Shown here in pieces: positions 26,901-39,414 of a stretch of DNA of 51,514 bases. How positions within the stretch are numbered: position 1 is the first letter of the stretch; each line of letters opens with the position of its first letter. The stretch lies in the NCBI GenBank assembly GCA_002633005.1, contig NMRA01000130.1, positions 836,094-887,607 of the forward strand. The letters run 5' to 3'. Position numbers and translations under genes: made by a program. The notes beneath the pieces were generated by a model. The model was not told the origin of the DNA, ran no database searches, and saw only the letters and a list, made by a program, of their open reading frames with translations. This DNA comes from Phoronis australis (lineage: Eukaryota; Animalia; Phoronida).

Positions 26901-27867
26901 TCAACGTTGTGCTGTTGCACACCAGTCGGTTCTGAACACTTGATTTGGACTGCTTTCTGTTTTATACTGTTGTCAGCATGCTTATCCAGTCACTGAACAC
27001 TGAGGTACCGTGGATGACTCGATGTAAAACATGGCATGCGTGCTAAAGAAAAAATAAACCGCTACACAAGTCAGTTCTTTGTCCCTAACACAGATATTGC
27101 TTGTACTCACAATATACGCAGTGTGATGGTCGTTATTCAGGGATGCGTAATAACTGATGGGAAAATATTATGTGTTTCTGTGCTTTACATGATATTATGT
27201 GCTTCTGTATTGTACAGGATATTCTGTACGTTAAACATTAATTGATGCAGATCAAGAACTGAAATTTCCGAATAAACGATCAACGCGTGAGATTTAACTA
27301 TTTTCCTAAACATCTGTTTCTTAACCAATCTATTGCTGCCGATTTCCCATAACAGCGTCTGTATTACCGTAACTTCTGACATGTGTGCGACTTTCGACAA
27401 TCTTTCGGTTCTGATCGAATTTCCAAATGGGAATACAATACTCTAGCGAATAAAAACAAAACTGCATCGATCGTTGTGGAACTAACTGTATTTTTAGTAA
27501 CTTCTGGCGAGAATGTACTTTATAAGATAATGCCACTGAAGGCCTAGCGTGTATTTATTACTGAAATCCCCAGTTTCCTTTATTGGTACAAGGTTAGAAC
27601 ATGTCGTGGATGGATCTCAATATATTGAAAGATGTTTCTTAAGTGAAACGGTTTTGTGAATACCATCTCCGCGTTTGCGTTTTTAGTGTCAATTTGTTAC
27701 AAAGTATGTGAAAAATCTCTTTCAGTGCCGGTACATCTTCGGTGGTGATTTTGACAGTGTATCACCAGAATCTAATAATTGAATTAAAAACTTATCAGTG
27801 AATTCTCTTAATTTTGAAAACATGATGTTATATTGGAATAGAATCACTTGAGAAAATCCAATTTGAC

Positions 27868-28013
27868 TGAATAGGCATGCGAGAAAAGGCCATGCGTGAA
27901 CAGGCGTGCGTGAACAGGCATACGTTTACAGGCATGCGTGAATAGGCATGCGATTACAGGCATGCGTGAACAAGCATGGGTGAACAGGCATGCGTAAACA
28001 GGCATGCGCGAAC
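27868..28013. repeat. 14-bp minisatellite (ACAGGCATGCGTGA)n, ~10 units
   Basis: Direct reading. Confidence 0.9.
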
Positions 28014-28033
28014 ATTATTAAGGCTATGTAGGA

Positions 28034-28342
28034 ACCTAGAACAAATATCTAAATTTTGTCTAACTTCGGTACAATAATCGTACCGATTTTCAGCCGTGTA
28101 CGTAAAAAATGCGGCCTCCACGAGCCTTTGAATCTGAAATCGAAAACAAAATGGCCGCCACGTCCGCCATCTTGGATCCAATCATGACGAAAAACTATAG
28201 GCTTCCAGCACTTCTGCATCTAAAGGTTGTTTGTAAATTTTATGGTTATCGGAACAAAATTGCGACCTGTATCATGCGAGCAAACAAAAAAACAGTGTCA
28301 GAGCAACATACTTGGCGAAATCCTATTTCGCCAAGTAATAAT
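28034..28342 (+). mobile_element. Non-autonomous Helentron/Helitron-like (HINE/DINE-type) element
   Basis: AAAATGGCCGCC...CCGCCATCTT inverted motif at ~28148-28173. Perfect 13-bp hairpin TACTTGGCGAAAT-CCT-ATTTCGCCAAGTA (28309-28337) directly before an AT-rich end. The family call is inference. Confidence 0.55.
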
Positions 28343-30959
28343 TTGTACATTATAGTAAATCTTTGACAAGCCGCTGGTACACTACTCGATATTTGCTTGT
28401 GTTGGCCGTCACGGGCCAGCCGCGTTTTGTATTGATTCTATCGGTTTATCGATTTCGGATGGAATCTACATGTACATGTACGTAGATGTTTGCCATTGTC
28501 CTGACGCACATAGCAAGTTGCTTTCTAACTTTATCGATATTAAGCTCCGATCAAATAATAGGCTGGACAATAAATTCGTGTCTATTAATCGATCTATCGG
28601 TTTTTGTTCCGAACAGTTTAGCTAACCGTCTGTTTGACTGGGACGGCTGTCTCACTTTGCCTGGGAACGTTCACGTGTCCAGTGCAACAAAAACAATCTA
28701 ACGGTCGAATATGCTCTATGAATGGATCTGCTTATCGAGTATAACACTTCGTCGTTGCAATATCCTCGAACAACGCCGACCAGTGACTGGAGGTACCAAC
28801 AGCTCAATAGGGTGAATATTTCCCGAAGTCCTCACGGCGTTTTCTCGGAATCACCTCCATGCTGGTGTCGCTGGGTCTTGAGAGTTGTATGTAGCGCCGG
28901 AACAGTTATCGTCATCTCACTGCTGGTTCTCCTGGCCATTGCTTTTCTAGGATAATCATCAACTCACTTCAAGACACTTCGATACATCTTGTATACAAAA
29001 GTGACAATTGTTCGTATGTTTGTCTTACGGCCATTCATGCATTGGAATGATTTAATAGAACGGAATGTAATGTAAACACTTAGATACTATTCAATTTCTA
29101 TAGTGTTTATCACTCGGCGGTGGGGCAGGCGGATTTGGAGGTCTAGGAATAGCAAAGAGGAGTAAAATATGTTTGAAAAGCTTGTTAACGACTGACGTAT
29201 TTCGCAATGTTGAGCATACGTGGATACTAGCGGTTCTTAACATAAATTACCAAAACTTGGTGCAATAAATTAAGATTGTAACGCGACAGAATATCTGCAA
29301 ACACTGCGTGACAGACCAAAACGTGTGAAGTGCGACAAGGAGTAGTGGGTGCCGCAGGACGCTTAGCCAGGAATGTGACGCTGAACCTGCCAAGGAGCTG
29401 TCCAGAGTTCTCTAGACGCCTTCCTTCGACACTTCATTGCAGCTATGCGATTCTACAAAGAGATATTGTGTAATTTTTTAACATTTAAACATGGGCTATG
29501 ACAGTTTAGAATTAGTGTGTGGTTTACCAATTTCGTTGTGCAAGCTTTTGGTTATGTAAAACAGCTAAGATAAAAAGTTCCAGGAACAGCGAAAGACCCG
29601 ATCCTGATCAATGTCATTAGCTTTAATTTTCCATATTTTTATAACTTGCTTATGAACAGGTTAGCGAAAACGATGTATGTCAAAATGTATGAGATGTTAT
29701 TACAGTCACACAGGTGGCCGATAAGCTTCGCTGTTGCATGGTTTTACTTTTTGTTGTAGTGAAAGTAACTAAGCCGGATAAATCTAAACAGGGATGTCAG
29801 TGAAGTAACCCATGTCTAACTTATTCTATTCTGCGAATTGGCCGGTATTTGTTGTATCCTTCTAAACCTTTGTGGAGATATTTTGCTAGACGCATCAAAT
29901 TGCAAAAAATAACTGCAGACGTTTGATGACTTCCATAACTTAATATAATGGGTGTACATCGGAAGCAAACATTTTTGCGTGTACCCTTACAATGGCCACC
30001 AAAGATTGTGAGCCGCAGCCTAATGAAACTTGACCCAAACTAATTAAATCGGATTAGTTTGAAACATTTAGTAACTTAGTCGTTGGCAATGTCGATGTTC
30101 CATAACAGAGTTTAAAGCATTTTTGATCTAACGACGTGTCACGTTGAAGCGGCTGACATCCTTCAAAATAACTTAATTCACCACTTAATTTAATTGTCAC
30201 TCTTATAGAAAGTAAATTCGTTATATGCTAACAAATTAGCCAAAGTTAGTATACTAAATTGTCTTAATTTAATTGTCAGCTATTAAGCCAATACAAATTG
30301 AATTGCTGAAAATGTAAGTGATGGCGGTGCGTGGTATCCGACCGATCAATGCGTCATGTCACGCTTCTTTCCCCTTTGCGGATAAATGAAGGTTTTTGCG
30401 GTGAAGTATCTTGTCGCTGGAGGTACTATGCAGAATTTCGATTGCTGAAATGCCTTGTTAAAAATTCAAGAAGCTGACAAATACAAAAAGCTATTGTGAG
30501 TCTAGCAATTCAGTTCGAAACGCTGGATTTTTCTGTAAACTTGTCTAACTAAACATGTGAGGCTCAGCAAACAATCAGCATGGGGTTTATGGGACAGAAC
30601 CAGGGAATTCTACCACAGAACCTATGCACTTTGTCTCATAATTCAACGTTTAAACCTCACAGACCAATCACGGTCAGTGCAGCCATTTTGCTAGTATGCA
30701 CTAAGATCGCGAGCGTAGTTGCAAAACACTTGCCTTTCACTCACGTGATTTTTTTGGTCCTCCGTGTTCTCTCTTTTCTCGCAAAAACATGGTTTACGGA
30801 ACGCAACCCAGTTCTTACATTCGCTTACAGTGGCGTTTTCGATGTTTTTGTTATAATCAAAGAAGTTCATTGTCGATGTCTGACTTACTGCAAGTTGTGC
30901 ATACATTAAAAACGTCAATTACTATTTTTAAATGTAACCGTGTTCTTTCTATTCCGTAG

Positions 30960-31013
30960 TGGTGCTGGTTGGATATATACTTTGTTTTGGTGCAGGAGAC
31001 CAGTGCAAAGCAG
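30960..31013 (+). CDS. qvr: quiver/sleepless-like Ly6 protein, exon 2 (end of signal peptide)
   Basis: Acceptor TTCTTTCTATTCCGTAG, donor GTAAGG, 54 nt, phase 1-1. Encodes VLVGYILCFGAGDQCKA, in frame with the next exon. Confidence 0.8.
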
Positions 31014-32816
31014 GTAAGGAAATGACATCTTGTCCATAAAGATTCATAACGTAGAATTGTCGTGAGGACTTGACAGGGACCTGAGGGGTATCACGCTCCA
31101 CTGGCTTTTCTACAATATTTTGAAAAAGCTGTGCGCAGTTACAAATTTTGTGTCATAAAAGAGATAATGATACCTGCAGCTTTTCTGGGGAAAATAAGAG
31201 TCGTGGTATTCATGAACTACAATACTTAGCGATTGCAGCATTCGTTGAGGACCTCTGTCTAACTTGTGTGGTCCTCTGTGTGATTCGTTATCACAGTCCA
31301 CGTTGAATCGTGGGGATGTCTACATGCACCATTGACATAGACAGCGAGATTAAGCAGTTACCAAGACATCAAGCAGCACAACAGCATAACATTGCTCAAG
31401 GTTCTTGGTGGCATGCAGGCAATCAATATAACCTATTAACCTATGCATCAGATGACTTAAGCGTGTTAAAAATCGCGCACGTGAGAATTGACGTAAGCAA
31501 AGTTAAAACAGCAGTCCCGATGAAGGGGCCTGTTTCATGAAAAGTGACTTGAAATGTAGATCAGAAATTTGATCTTGCTCTCCAAACAACTATTTCCGAA
31601 AAATAAATAAATCTCAACTGAGCAACAGCGTTGTTAAGTCTGCGAATGTACACTTAATTGTTACAATATTTCTTGGAGAATGGACTGTGATGTGTGCATA
31701 ATTACTTGGAAAAACGTTTTCAGAAATTGCGAAGTGGAAGAGCAAGACCAAATTTCTGTCGTCTTATTCCACTTTTCTGAAATAGACCCCTGTAACGTGA
31801 CTGCTTTTTCTAATTTTGGTTTTGTTAATTCTCGTGCACGCGACTTTAAACGCGCTAAGTCATCTGATGCGGAAACTTGCAACATGTGTTTTACAGTGAG
31901 ATGATAATAGTTGCCATACGTACATGTACGTATACTTGGAAACAGTTTAAGGTTCTTTTCAGTCTGTGGGCCCTCCTCATTACATTATCTGAGTTATAAA
32001 AGAATCGTTGCAGTCACGGAATTTGAAACCCATCATTTATTTACACCACTTAAAAACTGACAACACACAACAGACCGTTGTTTAAGCTGCCAAGTGACTC
32101 CATGTCCTACGTAAACGTTCCAGCGACTTTCTGGACGGAGATTTTGACTTTCTTTCGTAGCTTGCAATAGCCTCGCTAATTAAAAATGGAGCCACATCCT
32201 GAGGAATGACTATTGGAACTACAGATTTGTGGTTAAATATTGCATTATGACACCCATTGACAAACTTTTTAATTGAGCTTTCAGTCAGCGAACATGCGAT
32301 AATTTTTTAAAAGTTTTTGTAATTGAGTTGTCGAAGTTAGGACAATGTACATGTACGGTCAAACTTATTTGAGATTATTTCTTACATTATTTACGCCAAT
32401 TGTGTTCTCTGTTCCGTTAGATACATGTAATGTACTTGTGCAGTTACATAGTATATCGCTTTGAAATCTCTTCACATTGGCGTGAATGGGTTATTTTTGT
32501 AGCTTATGACGTCAAATACCTATTTCTAAATCGCGAATGGAAATTGAGTGTTTATTTGAGAATTCTGGCATGATTCAAGTTATGGTTGTTAGTCTGGAGA
32601 ACGTAGGCAGAAGTTGTTACTTGGCGCGACGTACAAATATTTATTTTAGTCTACTATAAACTAGCAACAGGTACATGTTTAGCTGTTCGGTTATTCATTA
32701 CTTATTTGTAAACATAATAACAATAATTCTGTGTTGGTTCAACGCTAGAGTAAACTGCACGGCAAATCGTATTTGAGACCACAACCAGAAATGAACTGTT
32801 CGATACCGTAGTGCGA

Positions 32817-32883
32817 GAACATAGGGCCGGNCGGGAACATCGGTTGGGAACGTAGGGGTGGGGAACATAGGGATCTGGGAACA
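32817..32883. repeat. Short GGGAACATAGG-type tandem motifs, probably subterminal repeats of a MITE
   Basis: GAACAT(A/C)GG or GGGAAC repeated ~5 times, with an N at 32831. Confidence 0.5.
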
Positions 32884-33073
32884 GCTGTACGGTCTCGCGC
32901 TAGATATGTAGTACCGGTATAAAACTCTTTTCTGTACGTCCGAGTGAACAGTCATAGAAACTCGAGCTCGTACTAAAAGTAAGAACATAAAACCATGTTT
33001 ATGGCTCAAGTTACAACCTTAGTACCTAGTAAGGTTTGTTACCTACGTCATTACACGAACATCTCTATTGCAG

Positions 33074-33229
33074 CCAAAGGCCCAATCCTCTGCTACGATT
33101 GTTCTACACTGGACGGCGATAACTTTTGTGGGGACCCGTTTAATGACTCGCATCCCGACATGCGCACAATATCTTGCGATTCGCAAAATGGTGAACTCTG
33201 CGCCAAATGGGTGAGGAAAAAGACAGAAG
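33074..33229 (+). CDS. qvr: quiver/sleepless-like Ly6 protein, exon 3 (first half of three-finger domain)
   Basis: Acceptor TTGCAG, donor GTAAGA, 156 nt, phase 1-1. Encodes KGPILCYDCSTLDGDNFCGDPFNDSHPDMRTISCDSQNGELCAKWVRKKTE, with the CYxC...CxDPFN pattern of the QVR family. Confidence 0.92.
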
Positions 33230-34562
33230 GTAAGAGCGCGTGGTGGAATCATCTGCAAAGATATACAAAAGCAGTGCTTCAACGTGTTTTATGTAAAGTT
33301 GCAACTTTACGTAAAATGGGTATATACGTTGATTACGAGCCAGCAGGTAGCGTGACCGTGTCGTCCATGGGTCGGCTCACCTACCTGTAAAATTATCACC
33401 ATATGGAAATCACTATTTCGTGAAACCATTGAGAAAATACAATTATAGTGATGTTTCATTCGTCCAAGACCGATAACATTTTAATTCTTCTTGCAGCAAA
33501 TTCCATCAATTTTAATTAGCTTTATAACTCATCATAATATTTGTCTTTAGCTAATATTTTGAATAAATAAACTTGTGCACATTTGAAACCGTTTCAAGAA
33601 CCTGCTTACACTGTTCTCGGATCCTCAGAGCAAACGTTTTGCTAACTTTTCAACTAAAACTATCATATTTGTCAGCACCTGAAGCTTCATTGTTGCTCTT
33701 TATTCTTCTGGACTTCAAGCTCACTCCTTCAAGATTATGACCTTGACCAAGAATTCACTTGAGGCGACGTGTTTAAATTTGGCACGGAAGAAAAAAAGAA
33801 TCAAAACACTTTATGCTAAAAATACTCTTTTAAAGTCACAAGCAGTGAGTTAACTAACTGTAGTTGCCTGGCCTTTCGCGCATGGTGGATCACGAGTTCA
33901 GTTTACTGCTATGTTTTTGTGGACGATGACGAACTAGCGCCATCTATAGTACTCCTGCTACAACATCTTTCATTCGTAAGTACTGAAGGCGTAAATAGGT
34001 TAGACGCAGTTTAAAATTAATGTTCACTTTTTAATGTCCTTATTTTGTAGGGATTATGAAAAAACACAAGATAAACATTTTTAACTGAAAATCTGTGATT
34101 TGATATAAAAATTCTTGATCAAATGTATTATCGGTTAGTCACTGCCGTAAAACAACAGTTGCTTTTCGGTGACATTTTCATCCAGGTTCTGCGGCAAAGG
34201 AAAGCTTGGATTCCTTTAACAAATTTACTGACGTAGAAGCGTAATGTTACATTACATGTACGTTTTTCGTTGATGTGAAAATTCACATCTAGCAACCGTA
34301 GATTTCACGTCAGTCTTGGTCCTTAAACATCTTACAAACTTTGGTTCGGGTCGGTGCAAGTTTCAAGTAAATTCAAGTTATTGTTTACAGCAGTTATTTT
34401 AAACACATGGCCTGTTAGTGCACAATGATCTATGCTGACATTCTTAGTTATTTGTAGAGACACTTAGTATCAAAACGCCTCATGGCACCTGAATTATCAA
34501 ACCCCAGTTTACGCAGCTGGAGCTTGAGAAACGGACCATTTTTCACGGAAACTTGCGGTTGC

Positions 34563-34718
34563 CAGGGGCGGATCCAGGATTTTGTGTTGGAGGGCAGAGT
34601 AGAGTATTAGCTAGGATTTTTTCAGTCAGCCATTCGAACCCCAGAACTGCCAAATGGAATCAAGGAGAATTTTAGAGGGGTCTAAGGCCCCCTTCGTCCC
34701 CCACTAAATCCGCCAATG
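34563..34718 (+). mobile_element. MITE, CAGGGGCGGATCCAG family, 5-bp TSD
   Basis: Homologous to 1173-1330. GTTGC at 34558-34562 and 34719-34723. Confidence 0.9.
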
Positions 34719-35125
34719 GTTGCTCACAAGGCTGTTGAAGAATCGAAAATCGCTACATGGAAATCTTTGGTTTGTCATGATTTCACGTTTGCCTGACACG
34801 CTTTGACGAATTTCCGAAGTTTTGGATCAAAAATGAGATGTTGAATGGTGTCACACGAAAAAATATTAAAAACGCTTCAAGTGCCGGATGCGGTTTTTCA
34901 TGATGCACGTAAAATTAGATTAGACTGAAAAACAGATCGATGTAACAAGTTTGGTACACTGCGTTTTACAGAAAAAACGGCAACATGTTTCTGCAACAAC
35001 GTAATCAGTAACGTAGACTTGCATTACACACCATTGGGTACTCGTGTGAACCGTCACAGCTTACTGAAAGCGGGAGGGGGTGAAAAACTTGTTAGCTAAT
35101 CGCTCGCCATTGTTGTCTGTTAATT

Positions 35126-35292
35126 TTCTGTCTCTCTGCCTCTGTCTTTGTCTCTCTGCGTCCCCTCTCCCTCTCTCTTCCTCTCCCCCTCCTCTTTACC
35201 CTCTCTCTCTCCCTCCCTCTCCCCGTCCTCCCTCCCTCTCTTATTCCAACTCCCTCGCCCTCGCTTCCTCCCTCCTTCTACTGTGTGTGTGT
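35126..35292. repeat. CT-rich polypyrimidine microsatellite plus short (TG)n
   Basis: Direct reading. It lies ~120 bp upstream of the acceptor of the last qvr exon. Confidence 0.9.
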
Positions 35293-35411
35293 ACAGGTGT
35301 ATATATCTTACCGGGTCACATTTTTATGGACCGGGTGAGTGAATGAAATAGGCCTACTGTGGAACCCATGTCTCCTTAGATTTGACGGCCTTATTGCTTA
35401 ATTCATTTCAG

Positions 35412-35713
35412 ACGACGTTAACGTCGATGTCATACGAACGTGCTCTAGCAAACTCAATTTGGAGCTATACATCACCTCCGTCTGTATGGATGAATCACGG
35501 CCAGGTAGCGGCCATCTATGTTTCTGTGAAAAGGATATATGCAACGGTGCTTCTGGACTTGGTAAATCTACAACTACCACCACGTTACTTGCAGTCGTAC
35601 TTGCATGCGTCTGTAAACACGCAATGTTCGCTCACTACAGTTGGAGAAATTCTGTGACATCTGTACTATTGCTAGCGATCATACATGCTTGCACGAACTC
35701 CTGGATATCCTGA
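35412..35713 (+). CDS. qvr: quiver/sleepless-like Ly6 protein, last exon (CFC...CN motif and GPI-type hydrophobic tail)
   Basis: Acceptor TTCATTTCAG, phase 1. Encodes DVNVDVIRTCSSKLNLELYITSVCMDESRPGSGHLCFCEKDICNGASG...LLAVVLACVC...WIS*. This closely resembles the Drosophila Quiver C-terminal half as I recall it (VCMMES..GHMCFCEEDMCN). AATAAA at ~36323 and ~37435. Confidence 0.92.
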
Positions 35714-37559
35714 CAGATGACCTTAACCAAAGACGATACATTTTAAGTGTAGGCATCCATTGCTCATATCTCAGTTTCCTTTAGTTACTAAAGTTAAGGA
35801 ATTTATCAGGTGACTTCGCGAGCAATAAGGCAAGCAGCATTGAAAGCAGTAAATGACAAAGGAAGCTACGATCAACATGTACAATCATCGTGCCTTGTAC
35901 AACCGGTGACGATTGTAAGTGACACGCTCGAGGTGCATGAACAGCAAACGAAAGATTAAGGCGGGTTGTTTGGGCCCGTTCCCTACGAACTCGACCAAAA
36001 CAAGAAAAAATCCATCTTCATGACTGTTTTAGAGGAAACGCTGAAATAGTGCCTGCCTGCCTGTGCGCCCCCTTACGTACAACCTAGATCCAACCAGTGC
36101 TACATACGCTGCATATTTCCGAATGTCTTCGCTGGTTAAGTTTGCTGAATTTACTTCCAGAGCATCTCGGGTATTTTTGTAGCTTCAAACTATGCCTCGG
36201 AGGTGTTTCACTTCTGCTCATGTGCGAACTTCTATCGGAAACGAAGTTCATGCGACTGTCAAAATGAAGAGTGCCGGAGAATGTGCCGGAGTATTCCTGT
36301 AATGACCGACTAAAACGTAAATAATAAAGTACATAAGAAAAAAAAGACCAAGGGATGAGATTGGCGTCGCGTACGGCCTTTGAAACCTACGAGGCGGATA
36401 TCCGTGATCTTTTGATTGTGTGTTTTCCAGACTCTGCTGGTCTGATTAAAGACCGCGCATGCTCAAATGTAAAACACATCCGAGGATATCGAGAACGCCA
36501 CGGGTATTTTTAAGCCTAGGTGCGTGCATGACGACTACCAAATTTTCAACCGTCTGTTGATCAAATCCCTTTTTTCTGACTCTAGTTCGCACATTTAGTC
36601 GCAGATCTGCAACATCGTCGGAATTTTGTGGTGTACAATTAAACATCGTTGAAATGTCATTGATTTCAGCCCAGATTCAGTGACGATTTTAGATATTATG
36701 CGATAACAATTTTCAGGGGTTCCAGTCGTTGTTTTGAGTTCAGTGATGATGTATTAATAGTTGAATTTGTAAAGTAAACCTCGAATAGTGAGCTTTGTAG
36801 TAGAAGTAAATGGACGTATGCCACTTTCTTCAAAAATAGTTGTTGTAGAAATCACCACGCATCACAAGTCTGTCAGTTGCGCGACAGACGTAGTTCGTAG
36901 TTAAAAATCTCCCAACTATTCGAATTGTGAAGGAACTACTACTTAGCAGCGTGTCGCGCCTTTTGTGCTTGCGTGACTGGACTGACAATGACCAATGGCA
37001 TAAGCACTTAGATTATCGCGCTCTGTTAAGTCGGAGTTTTGTTGCCTATTCATGTCGACGACGGGCAGTACGTGTACAGGTACGTACACAACTCATCAAA
37101 GGATGACCTTTAAATATTTAAAATTAAAGTTTCGCACATGTACTTTTAGAATCTTTACGAACAATTGATAAATTGTAGGGTCATTCCTTAGGATTTTGTT
37201 ATTTAGAATTACTTACCGTGATAGTAGCGTCACGTGACAGTAGTAAACGGTTTGATATTGTTTTTTATGCATGTAAGCAGACTGTCGTCATCGAGGCCGC
37301 CAAAATGCCCTTCACCATAACTTTCATTAACATATTATTTATTCCCATTATCTTATACATGTAGTAAAAATCTCATTATTCATCTTAGTTCGAGTGTGTT
37401 GTTAGCAGTCATAAGCCTATTGATTTTCATTTGAAATAAAATTGCCAACTAGTTCAATCCACAGTGTTTCTTTAATGGCCTTTGTTGACCGACAACGTTG
37501 TTGTGTAATGCAGGAAGAGTCAAACGTAGCAGCTTTGTGGTCAGTAGTGTCTCTTCGTC

Positions 37560-38190
37560 CGTCAATGAAATGGATGTATCCAATAACTACATATTTTTAT
37601 CAGTTTTCCAGGTATCCCATCGATTCCAGGGGCTTCACCATTTTTTATTGAATCAATAGATCATCCTTCGAAATAGGGCCATTCAACTCGATCGGATGAT
37701 TTTGACTGCTGTAGTCATAAATAAGTTCATGGTTGCTGTTTTGCTGGTTAATTTGATGCAGGAAATCATGCTCGAAATCGCCATTTCGATTCAATTATTT
37801 CTCAAAATAAATTTTCCATTGAGAAGGACTAATTTGATTAGACACAAAAGTCTTCTTTTTGTTGTATATTTTCAACAATTTCCTGCCTTCTTTCGGGACA
37901 CCATCATCGCATGCTGACGCTGCCTGTTGACTGTCCATGTATGTTTTTCTTTTATTTTTTACAGTGGGTTTGAAATCTCGTGTGGTACAGCATTCAAATA
38001 CTCAGATGCATTACCGATGCCTTTCCTCAGTGCATTACGCAAATTATTTTTTAATGTATTTTTATTACATTCGTCATTCCGCCACTCCATATTAATATTA
38101 CACTTGCCGCGTTTTGTTGTCGTTTGCTGTTTTAATCAAGAGTTTAAAAACCTTGAAATTGCAGTAATCAGGTCATTGTTCTCTAATTGA
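37560..38190 (-). mobile_element. Decayed LINE ORF2 fragment (linker before RT; RTE-X-like)
   Basis: The minus strand gives EWRNDEC, ISPSQWKIYFEK, LNGPISKDDL and IKNGEAPGIDGIPGKLIK (the KxGKAPGxDGI motif). Contains stops and frameshifts. Confidence 0.7.
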
Positions 38191-39097
38191 GAACTCACGT
38201 CGTGTTATAGATCGTTAACGAAACTATCCTGTAAATTATTATTGCAAATTTCAAAGGCCCCGTTATTCTATTGACTCTGAGTATATGAATAGAAGTCACT
38301 CAGGTCTTATTCATCAAAGAAAAGTTTGCAAAATTATGGAAGGTGTTCAGAAATGCTATGATCTAGTACCTTGAAAAAACGTTAACTGCTATATAGTTCA
38401 GCGCTCATTATTTATAATAACATCTGATTTACCCTGTCGAGAAAACATCCCAGGCATGTCATTAGGGTACCTTTCATTTAAAATATGTAGCCCAAATAAT
38501 TTGCTAAAATTCAAAAGTCTTACATGTATACCAAACTTCCTTTACAACTGTATCACGTGACACCCTTGAAACATCCGATAATTTAAAGAGCGGGCTAAGA
38601 AAGACGCTCAAGGCTACATGGGGATCACTCAGAGAAATTTCCAGATAGAGATGTTGTCATTGCGTTTAAATCTCCTAAGAGAATAAGACATAACCGTTGC
38701 TCATAGCATGATACAATATAAAATAATGATTCTTCAAACAAATCAATGCCATCTTGTGTTTTCGCAGTCACGGTAAGTGGGTAAGCCCTCACCGGCGACA
38801 TAAGCGGTTACTACTAACAAATTTCTATGTAGCATGAATCGGGAGCCGTCAACCATCCCATCCACAACATCAGAGTGATCGGCATGTAAGTCTTAATGAC
38901 AGATTTTTTACAACGTTTATGTAACAGAATGGCAATACCCCTGGAATATCTACCGAGGACACAGTTCTTAGTTCTACAATTTTCGTAAAATTTCCTAAGT
39001 ACTGTTGCGTTTCATTACTACCTTTAGCCCATCTTTCACTTATTCCTACGATGTCACATATATGAAGAAAATTTATGAATATGTGATTTCTCTTTCA

Positions 39098-39292
39098 AGG
39101 GAGAGAATCAACAATCGGACTTCAAAACCACTTACCCCGCCGGACGTCAAAACCAGCCGGCTGGACTATAAAACCAAATGGCTGGTGATCAAACGTGTTG
39201 TCCGGACTTTAAAACGCGATGGCCCCCCAAAAAGAATAGTTGGCTGGACCCAAAACACGGTGGCCGGTGATCAAACACGACCGAACTTCCTC
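39098..39292. repeat. Array of GGAC(T/G/C)..AAAAC and GGTGATCAAAC motifs, probable MITE body
   Basis: About seven ~20-bp spaced imperfect repeats. No clear TSD seen. Confidence 0.45.
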
Positions 39293-39414
39293 AGAGATTC
39301 GTTTTGACTGTCTCGAAGCATTCAAGCGACATCATTTATTTCTCATACCCGATTGTTAGTTTTGTCGAACGATTCCTCGAGTTCCGGTATTTTATACATG
39401 TAGATTCACAATCA

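Noticed and set aside
35080-35346. Pro/Ser/Leu-rich ORFs
   Set aside because: They are the translation of a CT microsatellite within a qvr intron.
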